NCBI GenBank assembly: GCA_951406725.2
Contig: OX597822.1
Coordinates: 92,814,001-92,878,000 of the forward strand
DNA length: 64,000 nucleotides
Reading direction: 5' to 3'
Source: Octopus vulgaris
Lineage: Eukaryota
Shown here piece after piece: positions 1 to 11,759 of this stretch. The position numbers and the translations under genes were made by a program. The notes beneath the pieces are model-generated. The model did no database searches, was not told where the DNA came from, and saw only the letters and a list, made by a program, of their open reading frames with translations. Numbering within the stretch: position 1 is the stretch's first letter; every line of letters begins with the position of its first letter.

Positions 1-394
1 TGTCCAGGAGTCTCTAGAGATGTGCCAGTCACAACGTATTGCCTTGTGTTTCATCAGCCACACCATCCTGAGACCTCACTGTTGTGGGCATTGGGAGCAG
101 GTTGACCCCGCCAGGCCTGCAGAACCTACTCCTTTTACAAGAAGTAAAAGGCCATACACTCCAATCAGGTTAGATGTTTCCTGGGACAGGTTATGAGAAA
201 GAGGCAAAGCTCTGTGGACATGTGTTACTTGTGCCCAACTTTCTTGAGACAGCTTCCCCTCAGCCCATTTCTAAGAAATGAAATTGGTTATTCTTCTTAT
301 GACCACTTCTCAGTCTTTATCAACCAAGAGGAAAGAACATCACAGTTGACCCTCAGGTGTAAGTTGAGCCAGGAGAGTAAAGGGTCATGATTAG

Positions 395-620
395 AAGTGT
401 CATAAGAAAGAATCTCAAGATGGACTCTTCAAGCCAAGTCAACTGGTGGGAAGACCTAGGGGTTGACCAAGAATGAAATGCTTGGATAATATCCGTAATC
501 TCAACTGATCATGCTTTGGAATTCAGTAGGAAAGCATAATGATGGTTCCTTATGGTAAGACCCCATGGAAGAGGTGAATGAGGACTCTACCCTCTCCACC
601 CCAGGAATTGTTGGCAGGGA
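395..620 (+). mobile_element. Degenerate 3' remnant of an RTE-type LINE
   Basis: Interrupted translation resembles the RTE C-terminal 'G.RPRGRPR..W.D.I' motif (gggaagacctaggggttgaccaagaatgaaatgcttggataatatc). Confidence 0.45.
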
Positions 621-1289
621 AAATGGATGGATGGGGGGGGGGTCAAGGGACATAGTTATTATATGTTGTTTCCAAGTATTTAGAGCAGCACTTTATTGTT
701 TCTGCCACTGTACTTCCTTTTAGGTAGTAGTAATAATAATAATAATAATAATAAAGAAGATGATGATGAAATTAATAATGATATGGTTTATTTGGCACAA
801 AGCCTATAAAATGTTAAAGAGGAATGCACCGATTAATCTGGCCGAGAGTGTGATTTTGGCAAGAGAGAGTGTACATGTACCTACACACACATGCACACAC
901 ACTAATCTGTATGTACATACATTCATATGTGCACTACTTGTGCATGTGTAAATGCACATCAGGGTGTGCATAGTGCATAATATTTATGGACACGTGCAAG
1001 TATACATACATGCATGCATGTTCGCATATACACAGATTTGTTTATGAAAATCTTTCAACATTACATACATACATACATACATACATATGTGTGTGTGTGC
1101 ATGTGTGTGTATGTGTGCGTGTGAAATATCTCATTACACTTCCGCTAATAGCTTTTCCTTAATTAGCTTACAAGCAATGATACAAAGAATAACATGAACC
1201 AACATAGAGAAAGGAGGAAAAAAAAAAGAGAGAGACTGGGAGACTAGAAGCATGCATTGATTAATAAAGTACTGTTACCTTCTTGCTGT

Positions 1290-1299
1290 TACTACCATC

Positions 1300-1397
<98 letters not shown>
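1290..1397. repeat. (TAC)n/(CAC)n trinucleotide microsatellite
   Basis: Visible directly; produces the poly-Y and poly-L ORFs at 1257 and 1283. Confidence 0.95.
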
Positions 1398-2721
1398 ATT
1401 GTTGGTATTTTGTTGTTAATTTTGAATGTTTCAATTGTATTTCTTCGTTGTGTGTGACTTGTGAAAGGGAAAAGTAAAAATAATTTTAAAATATTAAAAA
1501 AAAAAGATATTTTGTGAATATTACAGCTTAAAGAGTGTAAAGAAAAGATATTTTTAAAGATGAGTGATAGGGGATGATTTAGGGGGTGTGGAGGAGGAGG
1601 AGGTGGTAGTCTGGTAAACAGGACAGTAAGTCAATTGTCATGACTTCTTCCCCCACCCCAGTATGTGTGTGTGTGTGTACACACATTGAAAACAAAACAA
1701 AAATATAGCAAATTCTGATAAAAAAAAATAAAAAAAACCAAAGTCATTTTGAGGGAACTGTGTAAAGAAAAATGCTCCCCCCCTCCAAGAACCCCCCCCC
1801 ACCCACCGAAAACAATCAAAATACAATTACAAAATAAAGATCTATGGAACTGCTTTAAGCTTGAGGCATGCCACTGGTTTGCATGGCTTCAACTGTTTTT
1901 ACTGATAGGAAATTGTGTTTGTCAAGAATCGACTTGTCTCAACTTGAACCCACACTAGGCTTGTTATAGTGTGTGTGTGTGTGTGTTTTGGCTGCCTGCC
2001 TGTGGCTGCATAGTTAGCAGCTGTGTATGTGTGTATGTATCTCTTTATCTCTGTATGTATTTATGTATCTGTCTGTCTGTCTATCAATTTATGTAAGTAT
2101 GTATGTATCTATCTATTTATGTGTGTATGTATGTATGTATGTATGTATCTATCTATCTATCTATGTATCTATCTATGTATCTATCTATCATCTATCTGTC
2201 TGTCTGTCTGTCCATCTATATCTGTCTGTCTGTCTATCTATCTATCTGTATATATCCATCTGTCTGTCTGTATCTATCTGTATGTGTGTGTGTGTATGAT
2301 GGACTCTCCTGTTGATGACATATGAGGTCCAATTTATTGTGGAATGACCTGCACAAATGATTTGTTTATAGTGATCAAATATTTGAGCTGTACCTTACCT
2401 AACTCCATCCATCGTGGAATACATTAACCCCAATGCTTAACGGATAATTATTTTATTGCCTGTGAAGGGATGAAAAGCACAATTAACCTTGCCGGAATTT
2501 GAACTAAGTTTGTAAAGATGGATGAATTGCCACTAAGAATTCTGTCCAGCCTGCTAACGATGCTGCTAATTTACCTTGTATTGGGAATCAATTAGAGATT
2601 TCTCCAAACGTTTACTGGTTTGCTCAGTCAGGGAATCGAAATAGGTTATTCAATGGTTAATATAGAAATCCAGTAATAATTCAGGTAATGCTAATGCTAC
2701 TTTGCCATACATAATCCTTTA

Positions 2722-3101
2722 AGGAGTGGCTGTGTGGTAAGTAGCTTGCTTACCAACCACATGGTTTGGGGTTCATTCCTACTGTGTAGCACCTTGGGCA
2801 AGTGTCTTCTACTATAGCCTTGGGCCGACCAAAGCCTTGTAAGTGGATTTGGTAGATGGAAACTGAAAGAAGCCTGTTGTATATATGTGTGTGTGTGTAT
2901 TGTATGTGTGTCTTTGTCCCCCCACCATCACTTGACAAACGATACTGGTGTGTTTACGTCCCTGTAACTTAGTGGTTTGGCAAAAGAGAACCGATAGAAT
3001 AAGTACTAGTCTTACAAAGAATAAATTCTGGGGTTGATTTGCTCAACTAAAGGCAGTGCGCCAACATGGCTGCAGTCAAATGCAGTCAAATGACTGAAAC
3101 A
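2722..3101 (+). mobile_element. tRNA-derived SINE, family A (central microsatellite, CR1-like tail)
   Basis: A-box-like TGGCTGTGTGG, B-box-like GGGTTCATTCC, CORE-like CCTTGGGCAAGT, internal (TA/TG)n, tail GGCAGTGCGCCAACATGGCTGCAGTCAAATG. Many near-identical copies in the window. Confidence 0.85.
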
Positions 3102-3137
<36 letters not shown>

Positions 3138-3139
<2 letters not shown>

Positions 3140-3790
3140 GGTGGCGAGCTGGCAGAATCGTTAGCATGCTGGATGAATTGCTCAGCCGTATTTCGCCTGT
3201 CACTATGCTCTGAGTTCAAGTTCCACCAAGGTCAACTTTGCCTTTGATCCTTTCGGGGTCAATAAATGAAGTACCAGTGAAACATTTGAAGATTGATGTA
3301 CATTGACTAGTCCCTTCCCACAAAATTTCAGGCCTTGTGCATATAGTAGAAAGGATTATTATTATTATTATTAAAGCAGTGAGCTAGCAGAATCATTAGA
3401 ACGCTGGACGAAACTCAGTGGTATTTTGCCCCTCGCTATGTTCTGAGTTCAAATTACGCCAAGGTTAACTTTACGTTTCATCCTTTCATGGTTGATAAAA
3501 TAAGTACCAGTTATGCACTGGGGTTGATGTAATCGACTTGATCCCTTCCCCCAAATTTGAATCCTTGTTTTTCCAGTAGAAAAGATTATTATCATTATTA
3601 AGGTGGTGGGCTGGTAGAATTGTTAGCATGTTGGATGAAATGCTTAGCAGTATTTTGCCTGAGGTTAACTTTGCCTTTCATCCTATGGGGACGATAAATT
3701 GAGTACCAGTGAAACATTGGGATCAGTGTAATTGACTAGTCCCATCCCTGCAAAATTTCAGGCCTTGTGCCTATAGTAGAAAGGATTATT
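3138..3790 (+). mobile_element. Three head-to-tail MetaSINE-like (family B) copies separated by (ATT)n
   Basis: Unit AAGGTGGCGAGCTGGCAGAATCGTTAGC...GAGTTCAAATT...ACTTTGCCTTTCATCCTTTCGGGGTCGATAAA..AAGTACCAG...GGCCTTGTGCCTATAGTAGAAAGGATT. The central block resembles the Meta domain as I recall it. Confidence 0.8.
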
Positions 3791-3809
3791 ATTATCATCA
3801 TCATTATTA

Positions 3810-4152
3810 GTTTCACCTTAGGAGGTATTGTTTGTTTGCCTGTCCATGGACAAGGAATCTCAGGAACCGCTGGATGGATTCGGATAACACACTTTCAGGG
3901 ATGTTTGGCCTTGTGACTGGCATGAACTGATTAGATTATGGGATCAATCTGGTGCCAGGCAAGGATTCTGGATTATTGTTCCTATTTTTTACTTAATTTT
4001 TGAGAGAGCAGTCAGGTTCATTTTTAGTATTCTCGTTTGTGGGTGCATTCGAGTTTATTTCAGATATTCCCATTTTAAAAATCATCTCTGGCTAATCGTT
4101 GAGAGGACGTTTGCGTTGCCTTGGCAGAGGTTTGTGCTCTCTGAGTGCTCTT
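3810..4152 (+). mobile_element. Non-autonomous Helentron-associated (HINE/DINE-1-like) element
   Basis: 3' end CCTTGGCAGAGGTTTGTGCTCTCTGAGTGCTC (subterminal repeat plus hairpin), (GTTT)n near the 5' end; second copy inverted at 56761-57131. Confidence 0.65.
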
Positions 4153-4681
4153 ATTATTATTATTATTATTATTATAATATATATATATATATATATATAA
4201 ATCAAAAAGAGAGAAAAAAAAGGAGTTTAAAAAAATCCAGGTAGATATCAATAAAGCACTGTTTTAAATGAATTTGGTTAATTATATCAAACAATCATAC
4301 AAATGAATGCAAGTAGAATACACATCAAACACGTGTTGGTTTATTGATATCCCTGTAATTTAGTGGTTTGGCATAAGAGACTAATAAAATAAGCAGCAGG
4401 CTTTAAAGGAAGAAAGTTCTGGGGTCTATTCATTTGACTAAAAATATTCTTCAAGGCAGTGCTCCAGCATGGCCACAGTCTAATGATTGAAATGAGTAAG
4501 AGAGAAAAGCTGCAGTGTCTGCCTGTGCGAATGTTGATCTTATGGTAGTTTTATCATCTTTTCCTCTTCCTCCTTGTCCTCGACCACTCATTCCGTTGCC
4601 CTTGCCACTGCTGCCACCTGTCTGCACTCAATTATTAATCCACAAGGGCATGTGTTTGTGTGTATATGTATTGGTGGCTTC

Positions 4682-4717
<36 letters not shown>

Positions 4718-4903
4718 CAAGTCACCATCTAAGTCGTCACAGTGTTCAAAAGGTAAATCAATCTGGTGAAATTTAATTATCCACTAGACACTCACACATA
4801 CACACATGCATGCACACACACACGCTGTCTTTTTTATGTATAATCATAGATGTGCATGTGTGTGTGATTGTATCTAAAAAAACGCTTGTGTGTTTATTAT
4901 ATA

Positions 4904-5130
4904 TAGTAATCTTTTAACTATTGTGGGTGTTATGCTCCACCCCCACCCTCCATGAAAGGTGAAAATCTGCAAAGTAGAAACAGTGCTGTACTGTATATGT
5001 TTTTTTTATTATCTTTTGTAATTTGTATATATTTATTTTATTATAAATGCAAAACAACACCACAGAGGAATCGACATGAGCTTAAATAATAAACTGTGAT
5101 AGGTGAACCACAATATCGGAGGGATTACTG
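4904..5130. mobile_element. Degenerate Tc1/mariner (Tigger-like) MITE
   Basis: Imperfect terminal inverted repeats TAGTAATCTTTTAACTATTGTGG ... CCACAATATCGGAGGGATTACTG. Confidence 0.5.
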
Positions 5131-5161
5131 TGCCACTGTTAACACTTTTCTTTGATATATA

Positions 5162-5585
5162 TCATCATCATCATCATCATCGTTTAACGTCCGCTTTCCA
5201 TGCTAGCATGGGTTGGACGGTTCAACTGGGGTCTGGGAAGCCAGAAGGCTGCACCAGGCCCAGTCTGATCTGGCAGTGTTTCTACAGCTGGATGCCCTTC
5301 CTAACGCCAACCACTCCGTGAGTGTAGTGGGTGCTTTTTACGTGCCAGACGAGGCTGGCAAACGGCCACGATCGAATGGTGCTTTTTATGTGCCACCGAC
5401 ACGGAGGCCAGTCAAGGCGGAGCTGGCCACAGCCACGTTCGAATGGTTCTCTTATGTGCCTCAGGCACTGGTATCACAGCTACAAATTCCATTGATGTTG
5501 ATCGATTACGATTTTGATTTTCACTTGCCTCAACAGGTCTTCACAAGTGGAGTTTTGTGTCCCAAGAAAGAAGGAATGCATAAGA
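5162..5585 (-). mobile_element. 5'-truncated RTE 3'UTR copy with (GAT)n tail
   Basis: Reverse complement of the 3'UTR at 9346-9927; starts with (CAT)n CGTTTAACGTCCGCTTTCCATGCTAGCATGGG. Confidence 0.8.
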
Positions 5586-6330
5586 GAAGTATGTTACGTA
5601 TGCTTTGGAGAACAAACACCATTTATTTCATATCGAACAGCAGTTTTATATACCTGCCTTGAATTGGCAGAGTGCTCTTTTAATAATTGACCAAAGCATA
5701 ACTAACCATTCTTTGGTTAAGCAAAGGGTGTAACCCTTACATTGTCGTTCAACTGTATGACGTGCTGCTGAGGTGAATGCCTAGATTTTTAGCTGTCCCT
5801 TTATCTGTTACTGTTATTTAAGAGTGAGCTGGCAGAATTGTTAATGTGCAGAAAGAAATGCCACCAGGCATTTCATCTGACTTTGTGCTCTGGGTTCAAA
5901 TTCTGCCAGGGACAACTTTGCCTTTCACTCAGGGTGAGTGAAAGTACTCAGTTGGACACTGGAGTTGATGTAATTGACTAACCCCTTAGCTGACAAATTG
6001 TTGGCCTTGTGACAAAATTAGAGAGAATTATTTGCATCACATGCGCATGTGTACACACACACACACTCTAATTTAATTTTCAAGATAACTTAATTGAAAA
6101 GAGGAATGGCATTTGGTTATGCCAGTGCCCCCGACTGGCTCCTGTGCTGGTGGCATGTAAAAAGCGCCCACTACACTCTTAGAGTGGTTGGCATTAGGAA
6201 GGGCATCAAGCTGTAGAAACATTGCTAGATTAGATTGGAGCCTAGTGCAGCTGCTGCCTTTCCAGGCCTCAGTCAAACCGTCCAACCCATGCCAGCATGG
6301 AAAATGGACATTAAACGATGATGATGATGA

Positions 6331-6590
6331 AGGCAAATTCAAAAACATTATGCAAACCACCCATTTTCTTTCCAGCACATGGACAAATATAATGCAGTTA
6401 AGTTAGCTAGCCATGTATGGAATTTGAAGACCATCTCCACTCTACATACAATTAAATGGAGAATCATGGAGAAATCTAAGCCATATGTTAATGTCTCTAA
6501 GAAATGCAAATTATGTATAGCAGAAAGATTTCATATTCTTCTTAGATCCAATAATTCCTACACACTGCTTAATTCCAGGTCTGAAATATA
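6331..6590 (+). pseudogene. Penelope-like (Naiad-type) GIY-YIG endonuclease C-terminal fragment
   Basis: ORF 6379-6660 contains LASHVWNLK..IKWRIMEKSKPY..SKKCKLCIAERFHIL..LLNSRSEI, collinear with LSKLIWDLK..LEWLIL..PY..KKFCLLCNSE..LVN of the 21599-23410 ORF. Confidence 0.8.
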
Positions 6591-6592
6591 TA

Positions 6593-6759
6593 TATTTCAT
6601 TTAGTGAAAGATAAATATCATTTAATGCACATGTTATTTTATAATAACAGCTACAAATAATTCCTAACCAAAGAGTCACTGACATTAGACAAATTTGTAT
6701 AATGTGCCTTGTGTCTCCAGCAGGGCGGCGTCATTGAAGGCTAAAACGAAGCGCATTGT

Positions 6760-6817
<58 letters not shown>

Positions 6818-7103
6818 TCTAATGTGTACAGTATTTAAGATAAGAGCTTCCAATAATTTCTTGTCATAGCGACACTGTGATTATGCAGATTTACATAATG
6901 TGTTTTGTGTCTCCAAATAATCTTCAGGCTCATAGCACTTGGTTCTATTTGAAAGCCAGTAGACTTGAAGATTGTCTGGAAACACAAGGCACATTATACA
7001 AATTTGTCTAATGTCAGTGTCTCTTTGGTTAGGAATTATTTGTAGCTATTATTATAAAATAACATGTGCATTAAATGATATTTATCTTTCACTAAATGAA
7101 ATA
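6593..7103. repeat. ~128-bp inverted repeat (6593-6720 / 6976-7103) around (TA)n and a degenerate hammerhead
   Basis: Arms are near-perfect reverse complements. Minus strand 6931-6844 reads GAGC-CTGAAGA-long stem II-GAAA..GCTC. Confidence 0.8.
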
Positions 7104-7148
7104 CATTTTTTTTTTTTTTTGTTGATCTTACCTTAATAGATCAATAAA

Positions 7149-7190
<42 letters not shown>

Positions 7191-8926
7191 ACTTCATTAT
7201 CAAGTACAACCTGGAGTTGCTACCTCCTTCTTTTTAAAACTCATAGCGAAACAAGCCGGTTACCTTGAACTATTTCTACCTATCAACAGGTGTTGGAAGT
7301 AAATGTTCGATGGAGGACTATGGTGGTAGTAGTAGGAGTTATTTAACCCTATACCTGCTCTAATCCAGTAAATCTATAGCCAAAAATGTTCCATCTGTGA
7401 CCATGTTTCATTTTTTTTGTCAGACATTGCATATCTAGGAGTACATTATTTAATGTGTTTTGCCTCCCCTCAAAATATGCTATGATTTGAGTTAGATTTT
7501 GCTGCCTTTTCTTACAGGATGGGCAGCTGCATACAGGCTCCCTCATTGGGTTGTAGTGGTGTTAGTACTTTGTGGTGGTAATTATGGTAATGGTGGTGGG
7601 AGTGGTGGCCGAACAAAAGGTGTAAACTGTATCTCATATTTATCATGGATACAGATATATGCACACACACACACACACATGCGTACATGTATGTATATAC
7701 TGGTGTGGCCCCTGACCATGTCAATTTCTGTAAAGCTGTCCAACCCATGCCAGCATGTAAAATGGATGTTAAATGTTGATGATGTACACACACACATGCA
7801 CAGACACATTTGTGTGTTTAAGCAGCTTACTTCCCAACAACATGGTTTGGGGTTCAGCCCCAGTGTTGCACCTTGGGCATGTGTCTTCCAATATAGCGTT
7901 GGTGCAACCAAAGCCTTCTGAGTGGACTTGGTAAATAGAAACTGAAAGAAGCCCATTGTGTATATGTGTAAATGCATATGCACATGCATTGTGTGTGTGT
8001 GTCTTTGAGTTTCCTTGTCATGACATCACATGACAGCTGTAAACAAGTTCCACCAACATACAAGCAGTGTCCTTTGTTTCCATAATTCTATGGAAGCACG
8101 TTCAGCCATGACAAATGTTACCTTGCTTTGAAACAGGTATGGTTTGGTGCCTTAGAAAGTCAGCTTTGGTGGATGCCAAAATGTATGTGTGTCTGTTTTT
8201 GTTTTCATTTGCACTTCTTTGAAAACCACAGGCTTCGAGTGGTGATGCCGTTGTCAGTTTTCCTGTCAACAGGTTTTAATGTTTGCTTTGTGTAAAATAA
8301 AAGGTCCTTTACTTGGTAAACAAGTAAGAGTTAGTGACAGGAAGGGTATTCAACTACAGAAACGACCTGTCTGTAATGTATTCATCTAACCTATGCTAGC
8401 CTAGAAAATCTATAATAATCAAACTTTGTCAGGCAATTATTATATCTCAGTGACATGTAAAGATCCTACTTTTATTCCTTTACCTGCGCCTACTGTATTT
8501 TTCAGACCAAATTTTACAGCCCATGTCCCACCAAAACCATAGGTTGACTTACCATAATGACTCTGAAGGACCGAAAACTTGGTGTGAAATTGCTGCAGAT
8601 TATGGAAAGATAGTCACAATGTCTAAATGTTTACGCTACATACTGTGTTCATTTGTGTGCTGGAAAATATGGTCGTTGACTTACAGACACCACCTACTTG
8701 TGATGTGGACATCTTAGATATTGTGTAACTAAGCTGGTGTCTTTAGTTGAACAGTGGCTGAGGAGGTGATTTGTCTGAAAGGTCACTGAATCTTTTAGAT
8801 GTCTCATGAAGTAACTTATGGTTAATATTACATATTGTCTTTAAGGGGTATATTTCAGGTTGGCTTTTCCCTGTTTTGTTGATTCAAATGGGCATAGCAC
8901 CAACTACCTCTTGAGTTCTTTTGCAC

Positions 8927-9927
8927 TCTGCTGGTGACAAAGAGCCTCTCGCTCAGCGTAAAAGGTAGACTGTATGACGCATGTGTATGAACAGCCATGC
9001 TATATGGCAGTGAAACATGGGCCGTGACTGCTGAGGACATGCGTATGCTCGCAAGGAATGAAGCCAGTATGCTCCACTGGATGTGTAATGTCAGTGTGCA
9101 TGCAAGACAGTGTAAGTGCCCTGGTGTGCAAGAGAGACGACTGCGCTGGTATGGTCATATGGTGAGAATGGATGAGGATAGCTGTGTTAAAAAGTGCCAC
9201 ACCTGTTGAAGAGGTAGACTCATGAAGACCTGAAATGAGGTGGTGAAGCACGACCTTCGAACAGTAGGCCTCACTGAGGCAATGACTAGTGACTGTGTCC
9301 TTTGGAAATATGCTGTGTGTGAGAAGACCCAGCAAGCCAAGTGAGACCATAATCCATGGCCTATGCCAGGGGTGTAACCAGCCCACTTATGCGTACCTTT
9401 CCTTCATTGGACACTAAACTCTGCTTGCGAAGATCTGTTGAGGCAAGTGAAATCGAAATCAAATTCGATGACTGGCATCCATGCTAGTGGAGCGCTAAGA
9501 GCACCATCCGAGCATGTTCATTGCCAGAGCAGCTGACTGGCTTCTGTGCCGGTGGCATGTAAAAAGCACCATTCGAGTGTGATCATTACCAACCTCGCCT
9601 TAGTGGCTCTTGAACCAGTGGCACGTGAAAAAAACATTTGAGCGTGGTCATTGCCAGTGCTGCTGGACTGGCTCCTGTGCAGGTGGCATGTAAAAAACAC
9701 CATTTGAGCATGGCCATTGCCAGTACCACCTGACTGGCCCTCATGCCGGTAGCACGTAAAAGCACTCACTAGACTCTCTGAGTGGTTGGCGTTAGGAAGA
9801 CCATCCAGCTGTAGAAACTCTGCCAGATCAGATTGGAGCCTGGTGCAGCCATCTGGTTCGCCAAGCGTCAGTCAAATCGTAGAACCCATGCTAGCATGGA
9901 AAGCGGACGTTAAACGATGATGATGAT
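8927..9927 (+). mobile_element. 5'-truncated RTE-clade LINE (ORF C-terminus, repeat-containing 3'UTR, (GAT)n tail)
   Basis: Translation KGRLYDACV*TAMLYGSETWAVT..MLARNEASMLHWMCNVS..ERRLRWYGHMVRMDEDSCVKKC is typical of the RTE post-RT region; stops and frameshifts present. Confidence 0.9.
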
Positions 9928-10683
9928 GTGTGTGTGTGTGTGTATACATATTTTTTTATTATTAATCTGCAAAAGCTACAGATTGTCTTGGGCTAACAAT
10001 TTCATGTTGATGCACTCTGTAGCTTCTACTGATTAACAACGAAATATACATACACACGCACACACATATATATAAAACATCAAAGTATTGACAACAAATA
10101 CAACTGCATAATTAACATGTTGGTTTCAATAACTAGGCTAAAACTGATTGCCTGTCAGGATTTATCAATACCTTTGGTAATTTTGCTGTCACAATTGCAG
10201 TCAGGTGTTGCAACAACGAATACAACAGATATATTGAAACAGTTTCTAACACTCCCTGTCAATTCATCTCTATTCATCTATCTCTTCATTTGCCTTCCCA
10301 CCTCTGTGTATGTATGTGTGTGTGTGTGTAGTTACTATAAATTTTTCTATTTTTCTAATAATTTTTCTATGCATCTGCCCCTGTCTGTCTGACTGTCCAT
10401 AAGGTGTTATTTCTGTCTGCCTGTCTTGAATACATTGGCAAACCACTTCCAGTTGACTGATACTTTATTTTATCAAGGGTAGGGGGTGACTGGGGTTCAG
10501 GGTACCGTTTATCTAAATGGGGTGTTGAACCACATACCACTTGTATGTTTCATGTTTGACTTGGTTTCTATGGCTTGATGCCCTCCTTAACACCAACTAT
10601 GTGTTTATGTAAGCACTCATTACCTGTATGTATTCTGTTCTACTACTGATTTATTATAACTTTATATGTTATCTATACTACTT

Positions 10684-10980
10684 ATATCAGTGGAACTGGT
10701 GTTCTCATCTTGATTGTTGATATTTCACTACTCTTCAACTGATCATGTATTCTCCAGCCATCTTCAGGTGTCTTGTGTTGAACTTGGTCGTTGTATCTAA
10801 ACCTGAAAATATTTATGAAGGACATGTAATTTACTGATGCCACAAAGTTCAGCATTTAAATGGAGATCGGATACAACAACCAAGTTCACCACAAAACACC
10901 TGAAGAAGGCTGGAGAATACAACTGCTGAAATGTTGTGAAATCAGCAATCAGGATGAGGACACCAGTTTGACTGATGTAT
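10684..10980. mobile_element. Foldback element with a degenerate minimal hammerhead in each arm
   Basis: 10684-10797 is the reverse complement of 10870-10980. Right arm CAC-CTGAAGA-A-GGCTGGAGAATAC..GAAATGTT-GTG, then GATGAGGACA as in the 14815 and 63170 elements. Confidence 0.7.
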
Positions 10981-11343
10981 ACATAATATAAATAACTCCA
11001 TATGTGCTTGATAAAAAGTAAGCCATTGCTGTCTTGTGTCTCAGAACTCATGTGACTGGTCACCCAGTTTCCATGTGTTTAAGTGATGGAGATCACAACA
11101 TTTCCTCTGAACATAACCCCCATGTATCAAAGGGTCATTCATTTACTACTGACTGAACTGGAACTATATGAAATGAAGTATTTTGCTCAAGGATAGAACA
11201 TCATTTCCTTGGTCAGGAAGTGAAACTATGATCTTAAGATCGTGAATGCCCTAACCAACAGGCATGTACCTTTCCATGTGTTTAATGTCCACATGTATTT
11301 TGTACTACTATAATTTAACTACTATAACAACCACTGTTATAAC

Positions 11344-11759
11344 CAGGGCTGTAGAGTCAAAACAAAAAACTTCGACTCTGATTCCTCTGCTATTGGCGAC
11401 TCTGCCTCCTCTATATGTAATTAAGTGATTGTGGTCGACATATCTCATAAAGCATATGTATATGCTTGTACTTTGAGTAGGCCTATATGTTATAACTGGT
11501 TTATATTAAAGAATATATTGTGAGTCAGAGTCGGTATAGTTTTACCAACTCCATGACTCCGCAACTCTCCGGCTTGGTGACTTTCTAACTCCCCAACTTG
11601 GCAACTCGCCCACTCTCTGACCCGGCTACTCTCCGACCCAGCAACTCTCCAACCTGGCGACCCTCCGACCTGGCAACCCTCCGACCCAGTGACCCTCCGA
11701 CTTGGCGGCCCTCTGACTTGGCGACTATCCAACTCCATGACTCTGACTCCTCAGCCCTG
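11344..11759. mobile_element. hAT-type MITE with internal ~18-bp minisatellite
   Basis: TIRs CAGGGCTGTAGAGTC / GACTCCTCAGCCCTG; perfect 8-bp TSD GTTATAAC (11336-11343, 11760-11767); CTCCGACCTGGCGACCCT-like repeats at about 11560-11745. Confidence 0.9.

Noticed and set aside
4743-4752. Possible 10-nt microexon cacag|TGTTCAAAAG|gtaaat
   Set aside because: Not frame-preserving, no polypyrimidine tract, and next to a (TG)n repeat; could be chance.
5213-5662. Recurring peptide 'FLQLDALPNANHS..VVGAFY' in many ORFs, suggesting a gene family
   Set aside because: It is the antisense translation of the repeated RTE 3'UTR.
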